DNA of 13,374 nt from Okeania sp. GTDB lineage: Bacteria > Cyanobacteriota > Cyanobacteriia > Cyanobacteriales > Microcoleaceae. Positions 1-7,647 of the stretch are shown here, piece after piece (position 1 is the first letter of the stretch; each line of letters starts with the position of its first letter). Made by a program: the position numbers and the translations under genes. The notes under the pieces were generated by a model. It had not been told where the DNA came from. It was given only the letters and a program-made list of their open reading frames with translations, and ran no database searches. Where the stretch lies: the NCBI RefSeq assembly GCF_035285525.1, contig NZ_JAYKGW010000172.1:1-13374 (forward strand), given 5' to 3'.

Positions 1-350
1 TTTCAATATGGAAAACGAATTTAGAAATCCAACAAAATTTAACGAATGAGGAGAAAGAATTAATTATGAATTTATCACCAGCTTATTTGAAATGGCGTGA
101 AGATGTTAGGCAAGAAGGACGAATAGAAGGACGAATAGAAGGTCGTCAAGAAGGACGACAAGAAGGACAAAAAGTTGTACTGGAAAGCTTGTTGAAAACT
201 AGGTTTGGCGACCTTGACCAAAAGCTATTAGAAGTTGTGGAAACTTTATTAAATTTATCTACTGATAAATATGCTCAAATACTAATTCAATTACTTAATC
301 TATCACGGGAGGAACTTTTAGATTTAATCAAAAATAAATCCTCAAAATAG
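1..350 (+). CDS. 3' portion of an Rpn-family / DUF4351-type (PD-(D/E)xK transposase-like) protein, 5'-truncated by the window edge
   Basis: The reading frame of the 66..350 ORF stays open back to base 3 (SIWKTNLEIQQNLTNEEKELIMNLSPAYLKW...), so the listed ATG is probably internal. The tail LSPAYLKWREDVRQEGRIEGRIEGRQEGRQEGQKVVLESLLKTRFG...LSREELLDL matches the EGRQEGR-repeat plus helical C-terminus that I recall for cyanobacterial DUF4351/Rpn proteins. The nuclease domain itself is not in the window. Confidence 0.6.
   Translation, partial: SIWKTNLEIQQNLTNEEKELIMNLSPAYLKWREDVRQEGRIEGRIEGRQEGRQEGQKVVLESLLKTRFGDLDQKLLEVVETLLNLSTDKYAQILIQLLNLSREELLDLIKNKSSK
114..173 (+). repeat. In-frame 12-nt tandem repeat (5 units) encoding (EGRI)2(EGRQ)2(EGQK)
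   Basis: Read directly: gaaggacgaata x2, then gaaggtcgtcaa, gaaggacgacaa, gaaggacaaaaa. Confidence 0.9.
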
Positions 351-415
351 GAAAAAATTGAGTCTGAATTAATATTATCCTTCTTTATTTAAGAAGAAGA
401 GTTTTCTTTATATGC

Positions 416-442
416 AAGCATTCAACTATTAGTTGAATGCTT
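416..442 (+). terminator. Hairpin (12-bp perfect stem, 3-nt loop) followed by a T-rich tract; candidate intrinsic terminator of the upstream gene
   Basis: aagcattcaact-att-agttgaatgctt, followed by acctttatattt. It lies 66 nt after the stop codon at 350 and covers the TTG at 433. Confidence 0.45.
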
Positions 443-471
443 ACCTTTATATTTGCCTACTGATAACTGAA

Positions 472-3400
472 ATGACACTATCATCTATTATTAAACTACT
501 AGGGCGATCGCCTCTCACAACTGAACTCTTAAACCAACTCCAAAAACACGAATGTTTACAACTAAACGGCGCTCCCCGTTTACCTAAAGGTTTAGTCGCA
601 TCTACCCTCGCCCAACAACAAGAGCAAAATTTACTCATTGTCACTGCAACATTAGAAGAAGCAGGACGTTGGGCTGCACAGTTAGAAGCTATGGGATGGC
701 CGACAGTTCACTTTTACCCGACTTCAGAAGCATCCCCTTATGAACCTTCCTACTCAGAAGAAATGATCTGGGGACAAATGCAGGTTTTGGCAGACTTAGT
801 TACTCTAGAAAATGCAACCAACAACGGTAATAATAAAGCCAAAATAGCAGTCGTGGCAACAGAGCGATCGCTCCAACCCCACCTACCTACAGTCAAAAAA
901 TTTCAACCCTACTGCTTAACCCTCTACTCTGGTATTACCATTAACTCCAAAACCTTCGATGAAAAACTTGCTCAGATGGGATACGAACGAGTACCCTTAG
1001 TCGAAACCGAGGGGCAGTGGAGTCGCCGGGGGGATATTATAGATGTATTTCCCGTCGCCTCAGAATTACCAGTACGTCTAGAATTTTTTGGCGACGAACT
1101 GGAAAAAATTAGAGAATTTGACCCTTCTACTCAACGTTCCCTTGACAAAATTTCCCAAATAGTGTTAACACCTAGAGATTTTAGTCAGTGGGGATTAGGA
1201 AATTTAGAGTCTGGCACTGACTCAATATTTGCTTCCCTGTTAGACTACCTGCCAGAAAATACTCTCATTGCCATCGACGAACCAGAACAATGTGTTGCTC
1301 ATGGCGATCGCTGGTTTGAACTGGTAGAAGAAAATTGGCAACAACTCAACACTGCCACAAAATCACCAAAAATTCATCGTACCTTTGCCGACTCCCTCGC
1401 AGAAGTCGAATTTTTTCCCAGACTATATTTATCAGAACTCGTCAAAGAAACCAAGAGCGGTATTACCGCCTCGGTTCCCTACACTCTCAACCTTGCCAGT
1501 CGTCCTTTACCAGTGATGCCACACCAATACGCAAAACTGGCAGAAAACTTGCGTCAAGAAAGGGAACGCAAACATTCCATTTTCCTCATTTCTGCTCAAC
1601 CATCGCGTTCCGTCTCTCTCCTTCAGGAACACGACTGTCCGGCTCAGTTTATTCCCAACTCCCGCGACTACCCTGCTATTGACAGACTGCAAACCCAATA
1701 TACTCCTGTTGCTCTCAAATATAGCGGTTTAGCAGAATTAGAAGGATTTATTTTGCCTACATTCCGGTTAACTGTCATCACTGACAGAGAATTTTACGGA
1801 CAACACACTCTCGCTACTCCCACCTATATTCGCAAACGCCGTCAAGCTGCTTCCAAACAAGTAGAACCCAATAAACTGCGACCAGGAGATTATGTAGTTC
1901 ATCGCCAACATGGTATCGGCAAGTTCGTGAAATTAGAAAGTTTGACTATAAACAACGAAACTCGCGACTATTTAGCAATCCAATATGCTGATGGTTTGCT
2001 TAGAGTTGCTGCCGATCAACTTGGTTCGTTGTCGAGGTTGAGAAGTACGGATAAGAAAAAACCGCAACTCAACAAACTGACTGGCAAAACTTGGGAAACT
2101 ACGAAAAATAAAGTCCGCAAGTCAATCAAAAAATTAGCCGTTGATTTACTAAAACTCTATGCTCAACGTTCTAAACAAACAGGTTACAGTTTTCCTCCCG
2201 ATACCCCGTGGCAAGAAGAAATGGAAGATTCGTTTCCCTATCAACCGACCCCCGATCAGTTGAAAGCAACCCAAGATGTGAAAAGGGATATGGAAAGTGA
2301 GCGAGCAATGGATCGTTTGGTTTGCGGTGACGTTGGTTTCGGTAAAACTGAAGTTGCCATTCGAGCAATTTTTAAAGCTGTTACTGCCGAAAAACAGGTA
2401 GCATTTTTGGCACCGACAACAGTTTTAACTCAACAACATTATCACACTTTGAAAGAACGTTTTGCTCCGTATCCCATAGAAATAGGTTTACTCAACCGCT
2501 TTCGTACTGGTAGCGAAAAGAAAGAACTTCAACGCAGGTTGGCAACTGGGGAATTAGATATTATTGTCGGTACTCACTCAATTTTAAGTAAAACGATCCA
2601 GTTTCGGGAGTTGGGGTTGTTGGTGGTAGATGAGGAACAACGGTTTGGGGTTAACCAGAAGGAAAAAATTAAGGCGCTGAAAGCTCAAGTGGATGTGCTA
2701 ACATTGACGGCAACACCAATTCCGCGAACATTATATATGGCGCTTTCGGGGATTCGGGAAATGAGTTTGATTACAACTCCACCTCCTTTGCGTCGTCCGA
2801 TTCAAACTCACCTTGCACCTTACGATCTGGAAACTGCTCGCACTGCTATCAGACAAGAATTAGACCGTGGAGGTCAGATATTTTATGTGGTGCCACGCAT
2901 TGAAGGTATTGAAGAATTAGCTGGAAAATTACGAGAAATGATTCCTGGAGCTAGAATTAATATCGGTCACGGACAAATGGATGCGGCAGAGTTGGAGTCA
3001 ATTATGCTAACGTTTAGTGCTGGGGAAGCTGATATTTTAGTTTGTACTACAATTATTGAATCTGGTTTGGATATTCCTCGTGTTAACACGATAATTATAG
3101 AAGATGCTCAAAAGTTTGGTTTGTCTCAGTTGTATCAGTTGCGAGGAAGGGTAGGACGTGCGGGAGTGCAAGCTCATGCGTGGTTGTTTTATCCGACTAC
3201 TGCTTCCGGTAATGCAGCGCTGACAGATGAGGCGCAAAAACGGTTGCGAGCAATTCAGGAGTTTACTCAGTTGGGTTCGGGGTATCAGTTGGCAATGCGA
3301 GATTTGGAGATTCGGGGAGCGGGAGATATTTTGGGAGCGGAACAGTCTGGACAGGTTAATACTATTGGATTTGATTTGTATACAGAAATGTTGGAGGAGG

Positions 3401-3897
3401 CGATTCGGGAAATTAAAGGTCAAGAAATCCCTCAAGTTGATGATACGCAAATTGATTTGAGTTTGACTGCGTTTATTCCGGCAGATTATATTCCAGATTT
3501 AGATCAAAAAATGGGTGCTTATCGCGCCGTTGCTACTGCTAATAGTCGGGAAGAATTGAATCAAATAGAGGTTGATTGGAGCGATCGCTATGGTGCTATT
3601 CCAAAAGTTGGTTTACAGTTATTAAGGATGATGGAATTAAAACAAATTGCCAAAAAAATGGGCTTTTCTCGGATTAAAGTAGAGGGCAAACAACACGTTG
3701 TTTTAGAAACACCAATGGAGGAACCTGCATGGAATTTATTGAAGGAGAAATTACCTGGTCATTTAAAGTCTCGTTTTGTGTTTAGTAAGGGTAGAGTTAC
3801 GGTTAGAGGTTTAGGTGTTTTAAGTGCAGATAAACAGTTGGAAAGTTTGATAGATTGGTTGGGTAAAATGGAAGGAGCTTTAGTAATGGATAATTAG
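472..3897 (+). CDS. mfd: Transcription-repair coupling factor Mfd (TRCF)
   Basis: Size is over 1100 aa. A CarD/RID-like segment is present ([14 protein letters not shown]). Superfamily-2 helicase motifs are present: [10 protein letters not shown] (Walker A), VVDEEQRFG (DEEQ box), [21 protein letters not shown]-terminal TRCF domain follows. I prefer the ATG at 472 ([10 protein letters not shown]...) because the TTG at 433 sits inside the upstream hairpin. Confidence 0.95.
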   Translation: MTLSSIIKLLGRSPLTTELLNQLQKHECLQLNGAPRLPKGLVASTLAQQQEQNLLIVTATLEEAGRWAAQLEAMGWPTVHFYPTSEASPYEPSYSEEMIWGQMQVLADLVTLENATNNGNNKAKIAVVATERSLQPHLPTVKKFQPYCLTLYSGITINSKTFDEKLAQMGYERVPLVETEGQWSRRGDIIDVFPVASELPVRLEFFGDELEKIREFDPSTQRSLDKISQIVLTPRDFSQWGLGNLESGTDSIFASLLDYLPENTLIAIDEPEQCVAHGDRWFELVEENWQQLNTATKSPKIHRTFADSLAEVEFFPRLYLSELVKETKSGITASVPYTLNLASRPLPVMPHQYAKLAENLRQERERKHSIFLISAQPSRSVSLLQEHDCPAQFIPNSRDYPAIDRLQTQYTPVALKYSGLAELEGFILPTFRLTVITDREFYGQHTLATPTYIRKRRQAASKQVEPNKLRPGDYVVHRQHGIGKFVKLESLTINNETRDYLAIQYADGLLRVAADQLGSLSRLRSTDKKKPQLNKLTGKTWETTKNKVRKSIKKLAVDLLKLYAQRSKQTGYSFPPDTPWQEEMEDSFPYQPTPDQLKATQDVKRDMESERAMDRLVCGDVGFGKTEVAIRAIFKAVTAEKQVAFLAPTTVLTQQHYHTLKERFAPYPIEIGLLNRFRTGSEKKELQRRLATGELDIIVGTHSILSKTIQFRELGLLVVDEEQRFGVNQKEKIKALKAQVDVLTLTATPIPRTLYMALSGIREMSLITTPPPLRRPIQTHLAPYDLETARTAIRQELDRGGQIFYVVPRIEGIEELAGKLREMIPGARINIGHGQMDAAELESIMLTFSAGEADILVCTTIIESGLDIPRVNTIIIEDAQKFGLSQLYQLRGRVGRAGVQAHAWLFYPTTASGNAALTDEAQKRLRAIQEFTQLGSGYQLAMRDLEIRGAGDILGAEQSGQVNTIGFDLYTEMLEEAIREIKGQEIPQVDDTQIDLSLTAFIPADYIPDLDQKMGAYRAVATANSREELNQIEVDWSDRYGAIPKVGLQLLRMMELKQIAKKMGFSRIKVEGKQHVVLETPMEEPAWNLLKEKLPGHLKSRFVFSKGRVTVRGLGVLSADKQLESLIDWLGKMEGALVMDN

Positions 3898-4005
3898 TAA
3901 CTTTAGTTTAGCAGACACGGATTTGGCCACGGATACACGGATTGATGCACAGATTATTAATTATTAATTATTAATGATGGATAATTAGTAAATTTAGTTT
4001 AGTAG
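3886..4005 (+). repeat. Direct duplication of the mfd 3' end including its stop codon (29 bp, 2 mismatches), with a CACGGAT repeat cluster and (ATTATTA)n between the copies
   Basis: 3886..3914 atggataattagtaactttagtttagcag versus 3977..4005 atggataattagtaaatttagtttagtag. CACGGAT occurs at 3916, 3928 and 3936, and CACAGAT at 3948. attatta x3 starts at 3953. Confidence 0.8.
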
Positions 4006-4110
4006 TGAACTATTTCAGTATCCCATAACCCCATTTTCTAATGTACCATTTAAAATGAAACAGTCTATTACTGAATTATTTATTATCAATTATTAATTAT
4101 CCATTAGATT

Positions 4111-4722
4111 ATGCCATTTAGTAATTACAAAAATATTGATACAGTTGCCCAAGAATTTCAAATTCAATATGTTTATGCAAATTTTGTCAATGAAATTAAA
4201 TTTTCCGTAAATCAGAATTTTATAGAGGAGTTAGATTTTACAATTTCTAATTTATCTGTATATACTTCAGAATATGCTATTTGTGAAAGTTTAATTTTTC
4301 CAATCTTAAAAGAAGTCTGGAAACTTTATTATGACAAATTAATGCTTTGGAGTCATAGGACTTTAACTTATGATGAAAAACTATCAGGACAACCAGATTA
4401 TATTGTCGCTCAACTCAGTCCTTTAGGTAGAATGATTTTTGGTAAACCCTATTTTTTATTAGTTGAAGCAAAGCTAGATAATTTTAACGAAGGATGGGGT
4501 CAATGTTTGGCTGAGTTATTAGCAGTACAGAAAATTAATAATGATTTAGAACAAACAATTTTTGGTATTGTTTCTAACGGTAAATTTTGGGAATTTGGAA
4601 AATTGAAAGGAGATATTTTTACCAGAAATATTGCCAGCTATAATATTGAAGATTTAGAGAAATTATTTGCTGTGGTAAATTATGTATTTCAGCAATGTTT
4701 ATTGCAGTTAGATAATAGTTAA
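4111..4722 (+). CDS. Standalone PD-(D/E)xK nuclease-fold protein resembling the HsdR N-terminal domain, paralogue 1
   Basis: The 203-aa ORF has the ordered motif E (AICESLIFPILKEVW) ... PD (SGQPDYIVA) ... ExK (FLLVEAK) ... Q (GWGQCLAELLAVQ). This is the restriction-endonuclease-like core seen in HSDR_N / HSDR_N_2 type domains. It has no other domain. It is about 70% identical to the 5037..5651 product by hand count (143/203). Confidence 0.75.
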   Translation: MPFSNYKNIDTVAQEFQIQYVYANFVNEIKFSVNQNFIEELDFTISNLSVYTSEYAICESLIFPILKEVWKLYYDKLMLWSHRTLTYDEKLSGQPDYIVAQLSPLGRMIFGKPYFLLVEAKLDNFNEGWGQCLAELLAVQKINNDLEQTIFGIVSNGKFWEFGKLKGDIFTRNIASYNIEDLEKLFAVVNYVFQQCLLQLDNS

Positions 4723-4810
4723 AAAAATTATAATATTTAGTATTTTATGGTGAGCGATCGCTATAATTTAAGCATTAACTGGGAAACAGTGCGCAAATAG
4801 CAATAAAAAT

Positions 4811-4916
4811 ATAGCATTTCCCAAGAAGGGTGAGGTACAGATATTAATAATTAAGTTTGATTAGTGCGAGCATCTTGCTCGCGCAGGTGTACCTCACGCT
4901 TAGTGAAATCTGCTAT
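4811..4916. repeat. Long imperfect hairpin / MITE-like structured intergenic element
   Basis: Outer arms are atagca/tgctat (4811-16 / 4911-16) and tttc/gaaa. A 10-bp arm gtgaggtaca (4830-39) pairs with tgtacctcac (4888-97). An inner hairpin is gcgagca-tct-tgctcgc (4866-82). A related half-copy (agtgcga...tcgcg...ggtgtacctcac) lies at about 12837..12888. Confidence 0.5.
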
Positions 4917-5036
4917 AAATAAAATAATTATTTACTTAACTTATACCACATTTTTAACCAGATAATTGAAGCACAATAACATTAATAATTAGAGATAGTT
5001 TTTATTATCAATTATCAATTATCCATTAAATTAATT

Positions 5037-5651
5037 ATGCCATTTAGTAATTATAAAAGTATTGCAGCAGTTGCCAAAGACTTTGAAATTAAGTATATTT
5101 TATCAGATTTTATCAACGAACTTGAATTTGCTGTACCTCAGAATTTTCGAGCAGAACTAGAATTATTATTCACAGATGGTGTTGTTGATAATTCAGAAGG
5201 TGCTATTTGTGAAAATCTGATTTATCCAGTTTTAAAAGAAGTCTGGAAAATGTATAGAAAAAAATTAACTCTTTGGAGTCATCAGACATTAACTTACGAT
5301 GAAAATCTATCTGGTCAACCAGATTATATAGTGGCAAAACGTCATCCTTTAACTACAGTTATTTTTGACAAACCATATTTTTTAGTAGTCGAAGCAAAGC
5401 AAGATCAATTTAATGAAGGATGGGGTCAATGTTTAGCTGAATTAGTCGCAGTACAGAAAATTAACCATGATTTAGAACAAATAATTTTTGGGATTGTTTC
5501 TAACGGTCAAACTTGGCAGTTTGGGAAATTAAAAGGAGATATTTTTACAAGAAATATTATCAGTTATAATATTGGAGATTTAGATAGATTATTTGCTGTC
5601 GTAAATTATGTATTTCAAGAATGTTTATTGCAGTTAGATAAGAGTGAATAA
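5037..5651 (+). CDS. Standalone PD-(D/E)xK nuclease-fold protein resembling the HsdR N-terminal domain, paralogue 2
   Basis: The 204-aa ORF has the same motif order: AICENLIYPVLKEVW ... GQPDYIVA ... FLVVEAK ... GWGQCLAELVAVQ. The homology with paralogue 1 extends about 35 bp upstream of the ATG (tttattatcaattat[t/c]aattatccatta). Confidence 0.75.
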   Translation: MPFSNYKSIAAVAKDFEIKYILSDFINELEFAVPQNFRAELELLFTDGVVDNSEGAICENLIYPVLKEVWKMYRKKLTLWSHQTLTYDENLSGQPDYIVAKRHPLTTVIFDKPYFLVVEAKQDQFNEGWGQCLAELVAVQKINHDLEQIIFGIVSNGQTWQFGKLKGDIFTRNIISYNIGDLDRLFAVVNYVFQECLLQLDKSE

Positions 5652-5750
5652 AATCTCGAAAATCTAGTTTTTATAGCGAGGGATTAATTATTAATTATTC
5701 ATTATCATAGGTCAATGCTATTTAAGTTATCAGTTCAATAGACATCCTTC

Positions 5751-5789
5751 GTAACGCACCGAAAATTAACATTGTACATGGTGCGTTAC
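5751..5789. repeat. Perfect 10-bp inverted repeat hairpin (gtaacgcacc ... ggtgcgttac, 19-nt loop); dispersed-repeat-like or a weak terminator downstream of paralogue 2
   Basis: Read directly. A partial third copy (ttaacgca) follows at about 5797. No clean U-tract follows. Confidence 0.45.
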
Positions 5790-5804
5790 ATTTCATTAAC
5801 GCAT

Positions 5805-5837
5805 CCTACAAAAGTCTTTAACTTTTAACTCCAACAA
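5805..5837. repeat. Ectopic copy of the mnmG 3' end (including stop codon) plus part of its downstream flank
   Basis: The 17-mer ctttaacttttaactcc at 5816..5832 is identical to 10840..10856, which covers the mnmG stop and the last codons. The match extends to 22 bp with one mismatch. On the minus strand the copy still reads VGVKS-stop. cctacaaaagtc (5805-16) resembles cctacaaagtc (10774-84). Confidence 0.65.
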
Positions 5838-5868
5838 TTGGATAATCGGTTATAATAAATGTTCTTAA

Positions 5869-5985
5869 CTTACTGGTAAAAATGTAAAAATATTAGACTC
5901 TCTTCAAACATTATCTGGAGAGAATATTTTACCAGGATTTATACTTAGATATGACAATAATTTTGTAGTTAACTCTGAGGAATAA
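5869..5985 (+). pseudogene. Decayed 3' fragment of a Uma2-family gene
   Basis: 5873..5972 aligns by hand to 6476..6574 at about 80-85% identity. It translates as TGKNVKILDSLQTLSGENILPGFIL, against AGKDVEILDSPEILSGEDVLPGFIL in the intact gene. A 1-nt insertion then shifts the frame. An in-frame stop at 5866 cuts it off upstream. Confidence 0.7.
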
Positions 5986-5994
5986 ATAACCAAA

Positions 5995-6570
5995 ATGACA
6001 AATTTGACTATCGAGCTTAACTCAGTAATTGACATGACAGAAGAACAATTTTTTCAACTCTGTCAAAAAAACCCGGATTTAAGATTTGAAAGAAATGCTA
6101 AAGGAGATTTAATTATTATGTCGCCGACGGGAGGAGAAACTGGAAGTTATAACGCTGGATTAACTTCTAAAATTTGGATTTGGAATGACCAAAGAAAGCT
6201 AGGTATAGTTTTCGACTCATCCACAGGTTTTCAACTCCCTAATGGTGCCAATCTTTCTCCTGATGCTTCCTGGATATCTATAGAAAAATGGAATAATTTA
6301 ACTCCCGAAAAAAGAACTAAATTCTTACCTCTTTGCCCTGATTTTTTAATAGAATTAATGTCACCTTCCGATAGCTTACCTAAAACTAGAGAAAAAATGA
6401 AAGAATACCTGGAAAATGGAATGCATTTGGGTTGGTTAATTAATCCTAAAAATCAGCAAGTAGAAATTTATCGTGCTGGTAAAGATGTGGAAATATTAGA
6501 CTCTCCGGAAATATTATCTGGTGAAGATGTTTTGCCTGGATTTATATTAGATATGACAACAATTTGGTAG
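5995..6570 (+). CDS. Uma2 family (DUF820) putative restriction-endonuclease-like protein
   Basis: The 191-aa ORF shows the family pattern ...RFERNAKGDLIIMSPTGGETG ... SPDASWIS ... PDFLIELMSPSD ... EYLENGMHLGWLINP. This family is highly expanded in cyanobacteria. Confidence 0.9.
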   Translation: MTNLTIELNSVIDMTEEQFFQLCQKNPDLRFERNAKGDLIIMSPTGGETGSYNAGLTSKIWIWNDQRKLGIVFDSSTGFQLPNGANLSPDASWISIEKWNNLTPEKRTKFLPLCPDFLIELMSPSDSLPKTREKMKEYLENGMHLGWLINPKNQQVEIYRAGKDVEILDSPEILSGEDVLPGFILDMTTIW

Positions 6571-6592
6571 TTAAAGAGGAGTAAACTGTAGG

Positions 6593-6612
6593 GACGTTCC
6601 ATGAAACGTCCT
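6593..6612. terminator. Hairpin between the convergent Uma2 and DUF433 genes (7-bp stem ggacgtt/aacgtcc, 6-nt loop), followed by ttt
   Basis: Read directly. Flanking gttaaag(a)gg and cctttaac can extend the stem. It is positioned between two convergent stop codons. Confidence 0.45.
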
Positions 6613-6659
6613 TTAACCAGACTTCCAGAAAGCAAGATAGCAATGGTTTAAATTGTAGT

Positions 6660-7091
6660 CTACCAAAATGATCGTGTTTTCCTTGCTTGACGCTTGGTTT
6701 TCCTTTCTGTCAGTTTAACTCGAACTGCTTCATATCCTGGACGGGGAGGACTGGCAGCAATTTTTGCCAAGCGATCGCGATTCTGTTCTTCCCAATAGGC
6801 TCGAATTTCTGCTGCCATCCTCAAAACTTCCTGATACTCTGCTTCAACTTCTACTTGATGGTTTTTTATATAAGAAAGAACACCATGGAGTTCCTCTTCA
6901 GTAAGATCGAAAGCATCGCGAATGTACTTGGGTGGATACTCAGCTTTGAGATAATCCATAATGTCATAGAGAGTAATCCGAGTACCTGAAATCGTTAGAC
7001 CTCTTTCAGTACGGATAATAATTGCTTCTTTGTGAGATTGGTTTATCATATTTTTTGTTGGCGTGAAAAATTTCAGCAGTCTTGTTTCCAT
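6660..7091 (-). CDS. DUF433 domain protein (antitoxin-like / small DNA-binding fold) with a charged C-terminal extension
   Basis: IIRTERGLTISGTRITLYDIMDYLKAEYPPKYIRDAFDLTEEELHGVLSYI matches the DUF433 pattern (GTRI..., L-T-x-E-x-(I/L)-x-x-x-L-x-Y). An alternative start is the ATG at 7049 (MINQSHKE...). No PIN/DUF5615-type partner gene is adjacent. Confidence 0.75.
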   Translation of the reverse strand: METRLLKFFTPTKNMINQSHKEAIIIRTERGLTISGTRITLYDIMDYLKAEYPPKYIRDAFDLTEEELHGVLSYIKNHQVEVEAEYQEVLRMAAEIRAYWEEQNRDRLAKIAASPPRPGYEAVRVKLTERKTKRQARKTRSFW

Positions 7092-7248
7092 TGTAGTTTA
7101 TATTTTGTTACAAGGAAACTGGCACTATATAGAGAATGTTAAAAGGTAAAATTATTTATATAAAAAAGTATATATAGAGTAAATCTCCACAAAATATAAC
7201 TATATGTAGAGTTAAAGCTGTAAATTTTCTACTTTTTTGTTGATAAAT

Positions 7249-7296
7249 TGCATACTATTGCCTGTAGAAAATAATTTGTGAATGCAATAGTATGCA
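7249..7296 (+). promoter_or_regulatory. Candidate C-box / operator: perfect 13-bp inverted repeat with a 22-bp spacer, ending 3 nt before the C-gene ATG
   Basis: tgcatactattgc (7249..7261) and gcaatagtatgca (7284..7296) are exact reverse complements. Each arm has GCA-N6-TGC internal symmetry. The position immediately 5' of the ATG fits the short-leader or leaderless C genes known in other R-M systems. Confidence 0.5.
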
Positions 7297-7299
7297 GTC

Positions 7300-7635
7300 A
7301 TGAAAAAATCTATTAATCAAGCTTTTGGCAGAGTGCTTGCTGCATACAGACAACTGGAAGGTTTATCCCAGGAAGATTTTGAAGGTGCTGCTCATCGTAC
7401 TTATGTTAGTGACTTAGAAAGGGGGTTAAAAAGTCCTACGTTAGAAGTGGTTTCAAAACTTGCTGAACGCCTAAATATTCATCCAACTGAGCTTATTTCT
7501 CAAACTTTTGCTTTGTTAGAAACAGATAAGATGCGATCGCCTCAATCTGTAATTAAGTACATCCTTAATAATTCTACTAATACAGACTTTACTTACACTA
7601 ATAAAGGAGAAAAATTCACGTCTAAAGAAGTATAA
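7300..7635 (+). CDS. R-M controller (C) protein, XRE/HTH_3 family
   Basis: LSQEDFEGAAHRTYVSDLERGLKSPTLEVVSKLAERLNIHPTEL matches the C-protein signature (G-x-S-Q-E ... HRTY(I/V)S..ERG.(R/K).P(S/T)L..(L/V)..(I/L)A..L). The gene sits directly upstream of a small nuclease ORF and opposite a methyltransferase. Its roughly 35-aa C-terminal extension is longer than in typical C proteins. Confidence 0.85.
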   Translation: MKKSINQAFGRVLAAYRQLEGLSQEDFEGAAHRTYVSDLERGLKSPTLEVVSKLAERLNIHPTELISQTFALLETDKMRSPQSVIKYILNNSTNTDFTYTNKGEKFTSKEV

Positions 7636-7647
7636 AAAGCAGCAATA

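Noticed and set aside
433-471. TTG at 433 as the mfd start (as in the ORF track)
   Set aside because: The TTG lies inside the 12-bp-stem hairpin at 416..442. The extra 13 residues ([13 protein letters not shown]) look non-native. The ATG at 472 gives a typical Mfd N-terminus.
447-3460. Six short ORFs inside or antisense to mfd (447..644 -, 1335..1682 +, 1507..1698 -, 2171..2368 -, 3037..3450 -, 3227..3460 +)
   Set aside because: All are fully embedded in the strongly supported mfd frame. They have low-complexity or Cys/Arg/Ser-rich translations with no motifs, so they are shadow ORFs.
4747-4800. 17-codon ORF (MVSDRYNLSINWETVRK) in the paralogue intergenic region
   Set aside because: It has no RBS, and its start overlaps the HIP1-containing dispersed motif. 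A repeat element explains it better than a micro-peptide gene.
6687-6989. 100-aa ORF on the + strand
   Set aside because: It is antisense to and contained within the DUF433 gene, which has a clear family signature. Its translation is Phe/Cys/Ile-rich noise.
5995-7091. Uma2 plus DUF433 as a toxin-antitoxin pair
   Set aside because: The genes are convergent, separated by a terminator-like hairpin, and not in one operon. The partner reported for DUF433 (a PIN-like DUF5615 protein) is absent.
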